A stretch of 63,074 nt of DNA, the filler included, from Octopus bimaculoides (Eukaryota): assembly GCF_001194135.2 (NCBI RefSeq). It is 6 parts of 6 records of this genome, joined end to end, with 100 filler letters (N's around TTAATTAATTAA, not from the genome) between each part and the next. Parts side by side here need not be neighbours in the genome. Positions count along the whole stretch, not along the records: positions 7,757 to 18,662 come from NC_068996.1; positions 18,763 to 39,476 come from NC_068997.1; 4 more parts are not named here. One strand, written 5' to 3'. The translations under genes and the position numbers were made by a program. Below are positions 12,490 to 25,916 of the stretch, in pieces. Each line of letters opens with the position of its first letter. The stretch's first letter is position 1. The notes beneath the pieces are model-generated. The model searched no databases and was not told where the DNA came from. It worked only from the letters and a program-made list of their open reading frames with translations.

Positions 12490-13330
12490 ATCGTGCGCTG
12501 GAGTGTAAGTGTGTTCTACAGAGGATTAGTGGCGGGAAGAGCGATGATGTTCTCAGGGAAATCCCGAGTATCGACAAAAATCATGTGACTGGTCTATTTC
12601 GGTGGACGTTCAGGACGGAGCTCATGGGTAATTTCCAGAAATCTCCGGCCTGCTAGTACTATCAAGAGATCACTGCCGGATCAGGTTCAACTCTACAGTG
12701 ATACTGCTATCAACTGAGCCTGCCAGAGATGCACTCAAAGCGACGAAACTGTTCTACATGCACTCGTCCAGTTCCCGAGCATTGCTGACCTGTGGAGTTG
12801 TGTCGAACATGTGGTGTCGCTTGTAGAACGGATCCAACCATCAGCTTGAGGCATTTGAGATCTTTCCGCTACCTTCCTTTGACCGGAAAAGACAGCATTT
12901 ATCTCTCAGGTAGCTTTAGTGAAAGAGGTTGCAAGGTAGACCAGATTGAAAGGGCTAAAGATAGACACTTCGCTCTTTGGGCTAAATTCTCATTAACGTT
13001 TCCCAGTTTCACTTGAAAAATAAAATGAAGATGATGAAGAAAGTGTTCCTTTCCAGCAAATTTGTTGAAAGATGGAGGAGAGTGGAGTACATGATCCGAA
13101 TGAACGTGCTTGTCCTGAGCATGAGCCTGCAGACTCAAGGACAACAGGGAGTTGGCAGTTACTTTTGTGGTTAGGCTAACCGTAGAGTTGTGTGGTTTTT
13201 CACGAGTGGCGGACATAGGTCTCCCTCTGCTGGAGAATTATTCATTGTTTGAACTTCATTGTTTCGTTATTATTCTCCTTTTCTTCACGTTCTATTTACC
13301 TAATACCACGTTGTATCGCTCTGTAACGTC
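12490..13330 (+). mobile_element. Tx1/L1-clade LINE 3' fragment with zinc knuckle and 3' UTR
   Basis: ACQRCTQSDETVLHALVQFPSIADLWSCVEHVV (zf-RVT-like), preceded by MGNFQKS and followed by TRLKGLKIDTSLFG; stops and frameshifts. Confidence 0.8.
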
Positions 13331-13720
13331 CCCAGTGTTTTTTAAACAGTGGTTTTCCCCACCAACCATTTTTAACAAGGTTGGGCAGTCGCTGTTCCTC
13401 TGTCTAACGACTGTAGCAAAATATATTTTGTGATAGATGAGGCTGAAAGGATTGAAAAAAGAAAACGACATTCCTCTTCGATCAAACACCGACATTTTGT
13501 AAATTCCACTTGGAAAGGAAAGGCAAAATGGAGAGGGAAGTGCTCCCACTAAGCAAATCTGCGTAAACTTGAATTGAATGACTTGGAGTAAATGAACCTT
13601 CACTAAGCGTACACTTGTAGATTAGAGAACAACTTGGGCAAGACCTCCTGCCTTTAGTAGTCACGGTGATGTTGGATTTGTGAAGTTATTTGATTGGCCT
13701 TATTTGGAGTTTTTCTTCAT
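13330..13720 (+). mobile_element. Second, diverged Tx1/L1 3' end directly downstream
   Basis: MRLKGLKK and KFHLERKGKMEREVLPLSK parallel the C-terminus of the preceding copy. Confidence 0.6.
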
Positions 13721-13774
13721 TCATGGGTTCACATACATTGTATACTACACATTTGTCCTCCTTTCCATTTCTTA

Positions 13775-13985
13775 ACTCTTTTACTCTTTTACTTCTTTCA
13801 GTAATTTGACTGCGGCCATGCTGGAGCACCGCCTTTAGTCGAGCAAATCGACCCCAGGACTTATTCTTTGTAATCCTACTACTTATTCTATCGATCTCTT
13901 ATGCCGAACCGCAAGGTTACGGGGACGTAAACACACCAGCATCGGTTGTCAAGCGATGTTGAGGGGACAAACACAGACACACAAA
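13775..13985 (-). mobile_element. SINE family B 3' half running into (TA)n and a gap
   Basis: Reverse complement of the family B tail (ggcggtgctccagcatggccgcagtcaaat) and body. Confidence 0.85.
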
Positions 13986-13992
13986 CATATAC

Positions 13993-14039
<47 letters not shown>

Positions 14040-15027
14040 NNNNNNNNNNNNNNNNNNNNNNNNNNNNNNNNNNNNNNNNNNNNNNNNNNNNNNNNNNNNN
14101 NNNNNNNNNNNNNNNNNNNNNNNNNNNNNNNNNNNNNNNNNNNNNNNNNNNNNNNNNNNNNNNNNNNNNNNNNNNNNNNNNNNNNNNNNNNNNNNNNNNN
14201 NNNNNNNNNNNNNNNNNNNNNNNNNNNNNNNNNNNNNNNNNNNNNNNNNNNNNNNNNNNNNNNNNNNNNNNNNNNNNNNNNNNNNNNNNNNNNNNNNNNN
14301 NNNNNNNNNNNNNNNNNNNNNNNNNNNNNNNNNNNNNNNNNNNNNNNNNNNNNNNNNNNNNNNNNNNNNNNNNNNNNNNNNNNNNNNNNNNNNNNNNNNN
14401 NNNNNNNNNNNNNNNNNNNNNNNNNNNNNNNNNNNNNNNNNNNNNNNNNNNNNNNNNNNNNNNNNNNNNNNNNNNNNNNNNNNNNNNNNNNNNNNNNNNN
14501 NNNNNNNNNNNNNNNNNNNNNNNNNNNNTCCCCCATGTACATCAAGATTTCCTATCGGATCTTCCTATAACGATAGTGTATTAATTAATTCATTAATTAT
14601 ACCCGCCCACGCCCACGCACCGCACCGCACCACCCACATGCCCACACCTACACCCACACACACATATACCTATACTTAGATACACACACCAGTATATATT
14701 TATATGTATTTTTTATGTATAACCATACACACAAACACATATACACACAAACACATATATACACTCACATATGCATGCATATACATATACACACATACAG
14801 ATACACATGCATCCACATAAAGGCGCACAGGTGTGTGTATCTAAGTATAGGTATATGTGTGTGTGGGTGTAGGTGTGGGCATGTGGGTGGTGCGTGTGTG
14901 TATGTGTGTGAGACCGCGGATGCGTATCTGTGTTTTGTCTTTACAGCTAAAACAGCGTAAAAAGTATGCCACAAACATTTATACATACACGCAGTCGTAC
15001 ATATATATATATACATATATACAAACT

Positions 15028-15075
<48 letters not shown>

Positions 15076-15335
15076 NNNNNNNNNNNNNNNNNNNNNNNNN
15101 NNNNNNNNNNNNNNNNNNNNNNNNNNNNNNNNNNNNNNNNNNNNNNNNNNNNNNNNNNNNNNNNNNNNNNNNNNNNNNNNNNNNNNNNNNNNNNNNNNNN
15201 NNNNNNNNNNNNNNNNNNNNNNNNNNNNNNNNNNNNNNNNNNNNNNNNNNNNNNNNNNNNNNNNNNNNNNNNNNNNNNNNNNNNNNNNNNNNNNNNNNNN
15301 NNNNNNNNNNNNNNNNNNNNNNNNNNNNNNNNNNN

Positions 15336-15381
<46 letters not shown>

Positions 15382-16314
15382 TATAAATATATCAGAGATT
15401 ATATATATATGTATATACATACATATATTTATGTAAGTATCTATGCATGTATGTTTGTATGTATGTGTGTATGTATGTTTGCATGTATATGTGTGTATGT
15501 ATGTATCTATGTATGTATTTATGTATGTATGTACGTATGTATGTACGTATGTATGTATGTATGTATGTATGTATGTATGTATTCATGCACAAACACAGAA
15601 AAGCGGAAGGAACAATCAGAATATAGAGATGAAAAGTGAACAACAAAGTCGAAACCACTTTGTCGTTTTTTAGTAGGTGGGGTCATTTTTGTTTTTGTTA
15701 TTCTTGTGTTGCTGTTGTTTGCGTTTATTGTCTTATAATAAGGTCGTGAATTATCACTTATAAGATTTCCTTGATGTTTGATAGTTTTCTAAGTGAGAAA
15801 AAAATACATATTTTTTTTTAAAAAAAAGTAAACGTCTTGTGAGGTCTAAGATTAAATCACAAACGAACAAAAACCGGCAGCGATAACGTTTTATCCAATG
15901 AACGGTGGGAAACGGAAAAAGAAACGCAAAAAACTAAAACATGAAATAAATGGAATATGAAAGAAAGACAACAGCAACTACAACTATAAATATAACAATT
16001 ACAAACTATTTATTGTGATCATTCATCTGATGTAAGTACCTTAAATTTGTATAGTGGAAGTCTTAGAAATTTCTTGAATGTGTATCTGCATTAGTGTTTG
16101 TGTGTGATTGTGTGTCTGTGTGCATGTGTATCTGTGTGCGCACGCGTGTGTGTGTAGGGGGATATATGTAAATGTATGTTTCATTTCCTGGTTTTGTTTT
16201 GCGTATTTTTTTTTTTTTTTACCAATGAAGAAAAAGCCAATTTCTAGACCTAGAAACAAGACTCTGTCACTGGAATTTAGATAGCATCAACTGGGTAGCT
16301 TTGAATGTATGTCA

Positions 16315-16750
16315 TTATTCCTTTTTATTTCCAGATTTCTTGCCAATAGAGAAAGAGCTGGTTTCTAACCTAGATCCAAAGCTCCTTCATTGGAATTACA
16401 ACATCAACAACAGGGTATTTTTGCACATATGTATGTATGTATGTATGTATGTGTACAGATTTGTATGTATGTATATATACAGATTTGTATGTTTTGTTTT
16501 TGTATATCTTCCCATGTATATACTTGCATATCTAGACATGCTCATATGTACTTAGATGATAAACTCCCGGAAAGTCTTACAGATTTCTACAGTTCCGGTG
16601 ATGCCTTGGATCTGTAGTACACGAATCAGATTTCTTCTTTCTCGTTATGAGAAAGGGCCCCAATAATTACAGGTATAAACCTGAACGTGTAATCTGGATA
16701 GAGTAACTGCAGATTTATCAATAGTTCAGATAGGCGTTCTCTTTTTCAAT
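16315..16750 (-). mobile_element. R4/Dong-like LINE 3' end (RLE C-terminus and UTR)
   Basis: ERLSELLINLQLLYPDYTFRFIPVIIGAL motif, then GTVEICKTF-like sequence; UTR ggatctaggttagaaacc shared with 22690-23035. Confidence 0.7.
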
Positions 16751-16959
16751 GATTTTTAGCTTTATGTTAACATCCGCTGAGCAGCTAATTTCCACAACTA
16801 TACACAGTTTCTCTTCTCTATCCCAAATCATTATACTAGGTCTATTGTGTTTACATTTTACTGAGGTTTTCACTGGAACATTCCACCACTATTCCTTTTT
16901 ATTATGAGTAGCTATGGTTTCTACCATATTGTGAGATCTTATTTCTTTGTCCTCGGAGT

Positions 16960-18510
16960 TATCCTTTCGACGGGTCTCGTTGTATCCCAACTTAAAATCA
17001 GTAAAAAAGTCAATACTAAACAATGATGATGACCTTCTATACCAGTAACACCAAAGAATGGCCCACAAACGTCTGAAGAAGTTCTTCCTGAAGTGGCTAC
17101 TACTGATATAGAAGAAACCGAAGTTGATGATTTCATGCTTGAAAATTAAGACAAACCCAGAAATTTTCTCAAGGAGAGTTGAATGATTTGGTTAGGGGCT
17201 TAGCACCAGCAAAAGATAAAAGTGAACTTTTAGAATCTCGTCAAAAAGAAAAGTGTCTACTTAAAAAAGATGTTTGTATTGCTCATTTCGGGAAGAAGAA
17301 GAATATTGATCTGGCTCCTTTCTTTTCTGTGGACAGACCGCTATGTTTCTGTAATAACACTGATGAGTTTTATTTAGTTGTCTGTTTCAAGAACATATTC
17401 CATCTGAATGGCGCTTATTCATTAATTTATCTGAAGGAAGTCTCAACGCAATAATACTTCATGATGTCATTCATTCCACTAGGACATTCAGTACACATGA
17501 ACTAGTGATATGAGAGTATACGGAAACTACTCGATGCCGTAAAGTACACAAACAACAGCTGAAAAATAGGTGGAAACATGGAGGTGATTGGAATGTTTAT
17601 GGGAATGCAATCATGATTAACGAAATACTTTTATGCCGATAGAACAGTCATGCAACTGCAAAGCACTTTGTGCAATCAGAGTGGCCCCTCCGAAAATCAT
17701 ATGAGCCTGGAGCTTTTAGCGTTCAGAGTAAACCGGCCTCATGTAACAATTCGTGAAGACGCTTGCCAGGAAACGTTCAGAAGGCTTCGAATACGGGAAA
17801 GCTATATTTCTAAAAGTCACCGAGGCAAAACTGAAAGGAGTATTAGTAGGTCCGCGGATAAAAGAACTTCTGAAGGACAACAACTTTCTCACAATACTGG
17901 ATAAAATTGTGCTTAAAGCCTGGGAATTCTTCAAATGGTTGTGTGGAAATTTCCAGGAAAACAACGGATTTTCAGAGTTTAGAAATGGAGTGAAATGTTT
18001 TCTAGAATCCTCTACTGCAATGGGCCGTCTGATGTGACTGGAAATCCTTTTCCATGGTTCACATTTGGACGTTTTTGCAGAGAACCTAAGAGTAATGTTT
18101 GATAAGCAAGGGGAACGCTTTCATCAAGATATTACATCGACAGAACAGGGATATCAGAACAGGGATATCAGAACAGGGATTTTGGAATGAAGAGATGTTA
18201 GCTGACTATTATTGAATGTTATACAGTGATGAATTTGAGAAAAAAACACAAAAGAAAGACTAAATCCCAAAGATTTTAGTTGTAATTCAACAGAGTGTAT
18301 TCTAATTTAATTTTCTACAAAATAATTTTGATTTTGTAAACTGTACGAAAAGCCATGAAGGTGTTACATCTTGTATTCATTATACCTAATACGGATTTGC
18401 TTTACATACTCTGTGCGTGAAAACAACACGTTTCGGTAACAGTAAAATGTAACCTGATAGAGAAAAACTAATTTCGGGGCCGGAATTAGCATCACAAATT
18501 CACAAAGAAA
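16960..18510 (+). mobile_element. Decayed DNA transposon, Chapaev(3)-like transposase
   Basis: Frameshifted motifs FSQGELNDLVRGLAPAKDKSELL, EWRLFI, EAKLKGVLVGPRIKELLKD, KAWEFFK, QGERFHQDI, WNEEMLADY; superfamily assignment from memory. Confidence 0.7.
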
Positions 18511-19298
18511 ATGTCAGTTTGCAATTCTAAACATTAAAATACTACCATTTTGTTGTCGATTATTGTTGTCTTCGTTGTTGTTGTTGTTGTTGTTGTTGTT
18601 CTTCTTCTTCTTCTTCTTCTTCTTCTTCTTCTTCTTCTTCTTCTTCTTCTTCTTCTTCTTCTNNNNNNNNNNNNNNNNNNNNNNNNNNNNNNNNNNNNNN
18701 NNNNNNTTAATTAATTAANNNNNNNNNNNNNNNNNNNNNNNNNNNNNNNNNNNNNNNNNNNNTATATATATATATATAAGTGTGTATATATATATATATA
18801 TATGTATGTATATATGTATATATCTTCTTGTTCTACCCGGCCATTCTACAATGTCTTGTAGCTGGAGGCGCCAGTCTGTCTTGTTTTGACAGAATCTAGC
18901 TTACTATATTTTCTCTTCCGCCCAGCTGGGTCAGGAAACACCGTTTCACAATATGATATTACCATTGTTATTGTTTTTGATCTCTTTATCATCATCATCA
19001 TCGTCGTCATCATCGACATCATCATCATCATCATCATCCTTATCGTCATCAGCATCATCGTCATCATCAACAACAACATTGTCATCGCCCTCACCAGTCG
19101 CAGCAGCAGCAGTAGCAGCAACATCCGCATCATCGTCAACAGTAGCATTACCCCTCCCCCTCCACCTTCACCCTGGAGATAAATAAAAAAAATCGTCATC
19201 ATTATCGTCGTTGTCATCATCATAATCATTACTATTTTCATCAACTTAGTCTTGTGCCTATATTAGAAATGTTGTTATTATTAATATTATTATTATCC

Positions 19299-19362
<64 letters not shown>

Positions 19363-19548
19363 GAAGGCAGTGAGCTAGCAGAATTGTTAGCATGCCGGGC
19401 AAAATACCTAGTTCAAATTCCGTCGAGGTCGACTTTGCCTTTTATCCTTTCAGGGTCGATGAAATGGGTAGCTGTGAAAGACTGGAGTCGATGTAATCGA
19501 CCAGACCCCTCCCTACAAATTTCAGGCCTTGTGCCTTCATTAGAAAGG
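19363..19548 (+). mobile_element. SINE family A
   Basis: gagctagcagaattgttagc head, gttcaaattcc B-box, gcctttTatcctttcagggtcgat body; flanked by (ATT)n and (ATC)n. Confidence 0.8.
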
Positions 19549-19557
19549 ATTATTATT

Positions 19558-19619
<62 letters not shown>

Positions 19620-19630
19620 TTTTGTGATTA

Positions 19631-20133
19631 CTGAGTGAGAGAGCTGTGCAAGCCATCAAAGTAACACTGGGGTACCAATATACGAAACCCAATATACCCT
19701 TAATATAGCCGTGTGATAAGGTTATAGCAAGCACATGCATCACAACCGTATTTGCGTGACATGGTGATCTTATATCAAGATAAATAGCGCATGACCTTGC
19801 ACATGTGGCCCGGTTAGAATATTCAAGTCATCCTGTTGGATAGGACCCTGAATAAGGGTTGTTTAAGGATGTTGAGCAAAACACCCATGTTTCCAGAAGT
19901 GAATTATTCAAACTGCAAAGAATTCCCCTCAACACCTGACTATGACACTCTGCACGTGATCAGAAATGCTCAACTGGTTAAGGTCAAACAACTGACAAGC
20001 AATTCTGTGGTATGAAGCAGAATATTTGCTGTAGTCCATCTTTTTATACCAAGACAAAACTTATACGTTTTAACACTTCCAATCGATTACGATCAGAAGC
20101 CATGAAAGCCACTGCCTCATATTGCATCAGGGC

Positions 20134-20178
<45 letters not shown>
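19631..20178 (+). mobile_element. About 500-bp non-coding retroelement 3' end with (ATT)n tail
   Basis: Unique non-coding sequence ending gcatcagggcattt(att)n, as expected for a 5'-truncated LINE 3' UTR; parent clade not identifiable here. Confidence 0.5.
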
Positions 20179-20223
<45 letters not shown>

Positions 20224-20225
20224 AA

Positions 20226-20408
20226 AGGCGGTGAGCTGGCAGAAGCGTTAGCACACTGGACGGAGTGCTTAGCGGCATTTCGCCCGTCGCTACGTTCAGA
20301 GTTCAAAATCCGCCGAGGTTGATTTTGCCTTTCAACCTTTCGTACTGGGGTCGATGTAATCGACTGCCCCTGCCCCAAAATTTCAGGCCTTGTGTCTATA
20401 GTAGAAAT
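20226..20408 (+). mobile_element. SINE family A
   Basis: ggtgagctggcagaagcgttagc head and gagttcaaaatcc B-box; ends ggccttgtgtctatagtagaaa before (TTA)n. Confidence 0.8.
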
Positions 20409-21692
20409 GTTTATTATTATTATTGTTGTTGCTGTTGTTGTTATTATTATTATTATTACTATCATTATTATTATTATTATTATTATTATTAGTAGTAGTA
20501 GTAGTAGTTTCGATTTGATTTGCTGAAGACTCAGTAGCCGTGATTCACGTGTATCTCATTTGTAACATCATCCTCTCTGATATCGATTTCTATAACCGTT
20601 CAAATATCCTCTTTATTATCAGTTTTAGTAATGGATTCTTTATTATTAGTTTTACCCTCCATACTTCAGGATGTCTCTTTATTCATATTGTTTATATAAA
20701 AATAGCATTCTCTTTTTCAGCTTCCGTCGTTGCAACGTCCTCCGGGAATAACGTATCAATGAATCTGAAATTCATCTCTCTTCTTTTAAAAATCTTTGAT
20801 GACAATGTCAGACTGATTGCAGCTAACTTATATTTGTGTATTTGTGTTTCTCTATAATGCAAATTATCCTTGCTTCATTATTCATGTATTATTTCTGTAT
20901 AAGTTTTGTTATTATCTTTCTGCCTATCGGTTATCTATGTAGTATATATCGAAGGTAGCAATGTTGGAAATGCTTACATACTTTCCGGATTACATCGATC
21001 TTATTGCAGTTATGTCTGTGCAAATATTCAGTGCAATGAAAGCTAATTTCGAAGAACATATAAATACACGGATCAATACCCGACATCAATTCTACATTAG
21101 AGTGGTTATGGTTAAGTGAAAAATACCCAGGAACACATTCTTGGGAGTGGTATACATACATCTACATCTACATATATANNNNNNNNNNNNNNNNNNNNNN
21201 NNNNNNNNNNNNNNNNNNNNNNNNNNNNNNNNNNNNNNNNNNNNNNNNNNNNNNNNNNNNNNNNNNNNNNNNNNNNNNNNNNNNNNNNNNNNNNNNNNNN
21301 NNNNNNNNNNNNNNNNNNNNNNNNNNNNNNNNNNNNNNNNNNNNNNNNNNNNNNNNNNNNNNNNNNNNNNNNNNNNNNNNNNNNNNNNNNNNNNNNNNNN
21401 NNNNNNNNNNNNNNNNNNNNNNNNNNNNNNNNNNNNNNNNNNNNNNNNNNNNNNNNNNNNNNNNNNNNNNNNNNNNNNNNNNNNNNNNNNNNNNNNNNNN
21501 NNNNNNNNNNNNNNNNNNNNNNNNNNNNNNNNNNNNNNNNNNNNNNNNNNNNNNNNNNNNNNNNNNNNNNNNNNNNNNNNNNNNNNNNNNNNNNNNNNNN
21601 NNNNNNNNNNNNNNNNNNNNNNNNNNNNNNNNNNNNNNNNNNNNNNNNNNNNNNNNNNNNNNNNNNNNNNNNNNNNNNNNNNNNNNNNNNNN

Positions 21693-21751
<59 letters not shown>

Positions 21752-21944
21752 TTGTTTTGCAATATATAAATAAATGAATATGTATATATTTATATATACG
21801 TAGTTATCACGCGAAACATGTACCTCATGTTTACCATAATAGCTACGTATGTAAATATATATACCCATATGTTTTGATTTACATATATGTGTGTGTGTGT
21901 GTGAAGGCGTGTGCGTGTATGTGTGTACACCTCTATACATAGAT

Positions 21945-21982
<38 letters not shown>

Positions 21983-21994
21983 TCATACACACAT

Positions 21995-22082
<88 letters not shown>

Positions 22083-22573
22083 TCANNNNNNNNNNNNNNN
22101 NNNNNNNNNNNNNNNNNNNNNNNNNNNNNNNNNNNNNNNNNNNNNNNNNNNNNNNNNNNNNNNNNNNNNNNNNNNNNNNNNNNNNNNNNNNNNNNNNNNN
22201 NNNNNNNNNNNNNNNNNNNNNNNNNNNNNNNNNNNNNNNNNNNNNNNNNNNNNNNNNNNNNNNNNNNNNNNNNNNNNNNNNNNNNNNNNNNNNNNNNNNN
22301 NNNNNNNNNNNNNNNNNNNNNNNNNNNNNNNNNNNNNNNNNNNNNNNNNNNNNNNNNNNNNNNNNNNNNNNNNNNNNNNNNNNNNNNNNNNNNNNNNNNN
22401 NNNNNNNNNNNNNNNNNNNNNNNNNNNNNNNNNNNNNNNNNNNNNNNNNNNNNNNNNNNNNNNNNNNNNNNNNNNNNNNNNNNNNNNNNNNNNNNNNNNN
22501 NNNNNNNNNNNNNNNNNNNNNNNNNNNNNNNNNNNNNNNNNNNNNNNNNNNNNNNNNNNNNNNNNNNNNNGTA

Positions 22574-22607
<34 letters not shown>

Positions 22608-22689
22608 CAAACACATTTATACATATATGCAGCTTATACATACACATATACACACACGTTCACGCCACATACTTTTACATGCTGATTTT

Positions 22690-23035
22690 CGGTTTATTTC
22701 AAAATTTCTTACCCGTTGAGATAGAGCCGGTTTCTAACCTAGATCCAAGTCCCTTTCATTGGAATTTCAGCAATATCGACAGGATGTTTTGTGCTTGTAC
22801 ATGTGTATGTGTGCAGTATTTGCAGTCGGTGCATGTGTAGATTTGTATGCTTTATTTTACGTAGGTATTTTCATGCATATAATTGCATGTCTAGACATGT
22901 GCATATATAACTTAAATGCTAAACATCTGGAAAGTTTTACAAATTTCGACAGTTCCATTCATGGCGTGAATCTGCAATCTTCGAAATGGCTTTCTACTTT
23001 CTGGTTTTGTGAAGCCTATTTTCTCAAGATTGGTT
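22690..23035 (-). mobile_element. R4/Dong-like LINE 3' end, second copy
   Basis: TNLEKIGFTKPESRKPFRRLQIHAMNGTVEICKTFQMFSI*; 3' UTR aligns by eye with 16315-16620. Confidence 0.7.
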
Positions 23036-23338
23036 CTTACGTATGTATGTATGTATGTATGTATGCATGACCATGTGCGTGTATGTATGTATACATGTAT
23101 GTATGCATACATGTATATATGTATGAATGTATGTATATATGCATGTATGTATGCATGTATGTATGCAAGAATGTATGTATACATGTATCTCTGTATGTCT
23201 GTATGTTGACCACATATATGGTCCTCTACTGAAAAATACTTATAGTAGCCGCCGCCATAATTCTTCCCCTCTCTTTCTTACTTTCTTAATACATATACAT
23301 TTTCTTTCTCTTCTTGACCAAAATTAATGCTCTCCCCT

Positions 23339-23382
<44 letters not shown>

Positions 23383-23417
23383 NNNNNNNNNNGTGTGTGC
23401 GTGTGTGTGTGGAGGGG

Positions 23418-23465
<48 letters not shown>

Positions 23466-23682
23466 GATTAATGACAAAAATCTGTGAGAACCTCAGGCTC
23501 AGCAAAATGGCTAATTCAGATGAATAATGACGGGCCACACTCCATTAGGTATTTGGTTCAACGCTAATTCCATCCGGCTTGTCAGTGTGGATCAGAAAAT
23601 TGTTCTGGTACACGTGTACTTAAAATACAAGCTCTCATACACATGTGTGTACTTATATATTTATATGTCCATGATTGTATGC

Positions 23683-23713
<31 letters not shown>

Positions 23714-23802
23714 AGTGTTAGTATTTGAATATTTGTATTGTTAGTGTGTAGATATGAACAATGTAGATGTGTGCGTGAGTGTGTGTGTGTGCCTGCGTGT
23801 TT

Positions 23803-24049
23803 GGAGACGCTCGGCCTTGTGGTTAGGATGTTGTTCTCACGATCGCTATATCTTGGGTTCGATTCCCCGACCGAACGGTGCGTTGTGTTCTTGAGCAAAA
23901 ACACTTCATTTCGCATTGCTGCAGTTCACTCAGCCATAAATGGTTATCCCTGCAATAGACTAGTCCTCCGATCGGGGTAATGTTGCCTCGTTCGCCCAGC
24001 CAAAACGATCCGAAGCGCATTGTGACCAGCGATGTATAGTAACATCTGA
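23803..24049 (+). mobile_element. tRNA-headed SINE with CORE-like body and tail Y-like end
   Basis: GGTTCGATTCC B-box; gcgttgtgttcttgagcaaaaacacttcatttcgcattgctgcagttcactcagc resembles the CORE domain and aligns with 32468-32600. Confidence 0.7.
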
Positions 24050-24074
24050 TATATATATACAAATACATTTGTGC

Positions 24075-24106
<32 letters not shown>

Positions 24107-24721
24107 NNNNNNNNNNNNNNNNNNNNNNNNNNNNNNNNNNNNNNNNNNNNNNNNNNNNNNNNNNNNNNNNNNNNNNNNNNNNNNNNNNNNNNNNNNNNNN
24201 NNNNNNNNNNNNNNNNNNNNNNNNNNNNNNNNNNNNNNNNNNNNNNNNNNNNNNNNNNNNNNNNNNNNNNNNNNNNNNNNNNNNNNNNNNNNNNNNNNNN
24301 NNNNNNNNNNNNNNNNNNNNNNNNNNNNNNNNNNNNNNNNNNNNNNNNNNNNNNNNNNNNNNNNNNNNNNNNNNNNNNNNNNNNNNNNNNNNNNNNNNNN
24401 NNNNNNNNNNNNNNNNNNNNNNNNNNNNNNNNNNNNNNNNNNNNNNNNNNNNNNNNNNNNNNNNNNNNNNNNNNNNNNNNNNNNNNNNNNNNNNNNNNNN
24501 NNNNNNNNNNNNNNNNNNNNNNNNNNNNNNNNNNNNNNNNNNNNNNNNNNNNNNNNNNNNNNNNNNNNNNNNNNNNNNNNNNNNNNNNNNNNNNNNNNNN
24601 NNNNNNNNNNNNNNNNNNNNNNNNNNNNNNNNNNNNNNNNNNNNNNNNNNNNNNNNNNNNNNNNNNNNNNNNNNNNNNNNNNNNNNNNNNNNNNNNNNNN
24701 NNNNNNNNNNNNNNNNNNNNN

Positions 24722-25560
24722 AAAGTTCTATCAATATTGAATTTCTGAAAACCGTTGAGGAAAAATCCCAGCAAACTGCACGAGAACCAGGAAAACCGTT
24801 CAATTCAAGTCACACTTCGATAATAAAACACCTTTCTAAAGTACGAAATCTGGCCAGTGGGTCCCTTATCATCTGACGTTTTCTCGGTTCAATCAAAGTG
24901 ATGCCCTCTGTTCATTGAAGAGTAGAAGTAGCGCTGGATTAACCATAATGCAAACTAAGCACGTACTTAAGGCGTCAAGGGAAGGGAAAGCGCCACAGAA
25001 ACGGTAAATGGTTTACGGTTTAAAAGAAATCCCTTTCAACTTGTTAAAATAATATTCAAAATGGTTTCTATGATCGCAAATATAATTTCGAGGTGTTCAT
25101 GGTGCCATGGTGTGGATCTGATCAAAACCTTTGCAATTAAAAAAGAGAAAACTTTTCGAATATGAATAAATTGTACAAAATATAAATAAAGTATACAAAA
25201 CGAAACATTATTTTCCAACTTACTGTTAGTTTCTCTTTTCATTTAAAAAAATAAATGTTTATTTTATGGTTTATAATTGAATAATATATGGGACACCAAA
25301 ATCCTTTATGAAATTTGGACATTTATGGGTTTTAATCCGGTATTGAGTAGAGGTGTTACTGAACCTATCCCGGGTAGAAAACTGGGCTCTCCATAATCAT
25401 ATCCAAAGAAAATGATAATGCTTAGGAACCCAAAACGGAGGGTCCATTCCCAAACCAGGATCACACCCGAAAAAGTTATGCTTCATGATTCATGGAATCT
25501 AAAAGTTGTCATCTATCGTGAAGTGTTGTACCAAAACGAAACAGCTAATACCGAAAAGCG
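24722..25560 (+). mobile_element. Mariner transposase fragments
   Basis: FLKTVEEKSQQTARE..FNSSHTSIIKHL (HTH) then GQWVP-like sequence; PKPGSHPKK / EKVMLHDSWNLKVVIYREVLYQNET downstream. Confidence 0.6.
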
Positions 25561-25818
25561 ACCCCACCAACCCACCAAACCACGAGTTTTCTGTTAATAC
25601 TCATATTCTTCGTATTATTCAAGTAGAATTCATACAAAATATTTGTACTCCCACATTACCGTTCAGAATTTTAAGCCCCGTAAAAAGTAGGTCTTTTCTG
25701 GTCAATTTAACAACCGAAATATATTGGCATCGTTAATCTTTGACACTTTAGATTGAATTCCTAGATTTTAATTGCAAAATTCACCAAGGAAATATATGTG
25801 CGCTTCCATGTACGTAGT

Positions 25819-25904
<86 letters not shown>

Positions 25905-25916
<12 letters not shown>

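Larger units (their letters stand above)
18570..20500. repeat. Trinucleotide microsatellite cluster: (GTT)n, (CTT)n, (ATC)n, (ATT)n, (AGT)n
   Basis: Directly visible; mostly at retroelement ends. Confidence 0.95.

Noticed and set aside
20690-20850. Minus-strand about 50-codon frame ending FIDTLFPEDVATTEAEKENAIFI*
   Set aside because: Too short and no recognisable family; may be chance.
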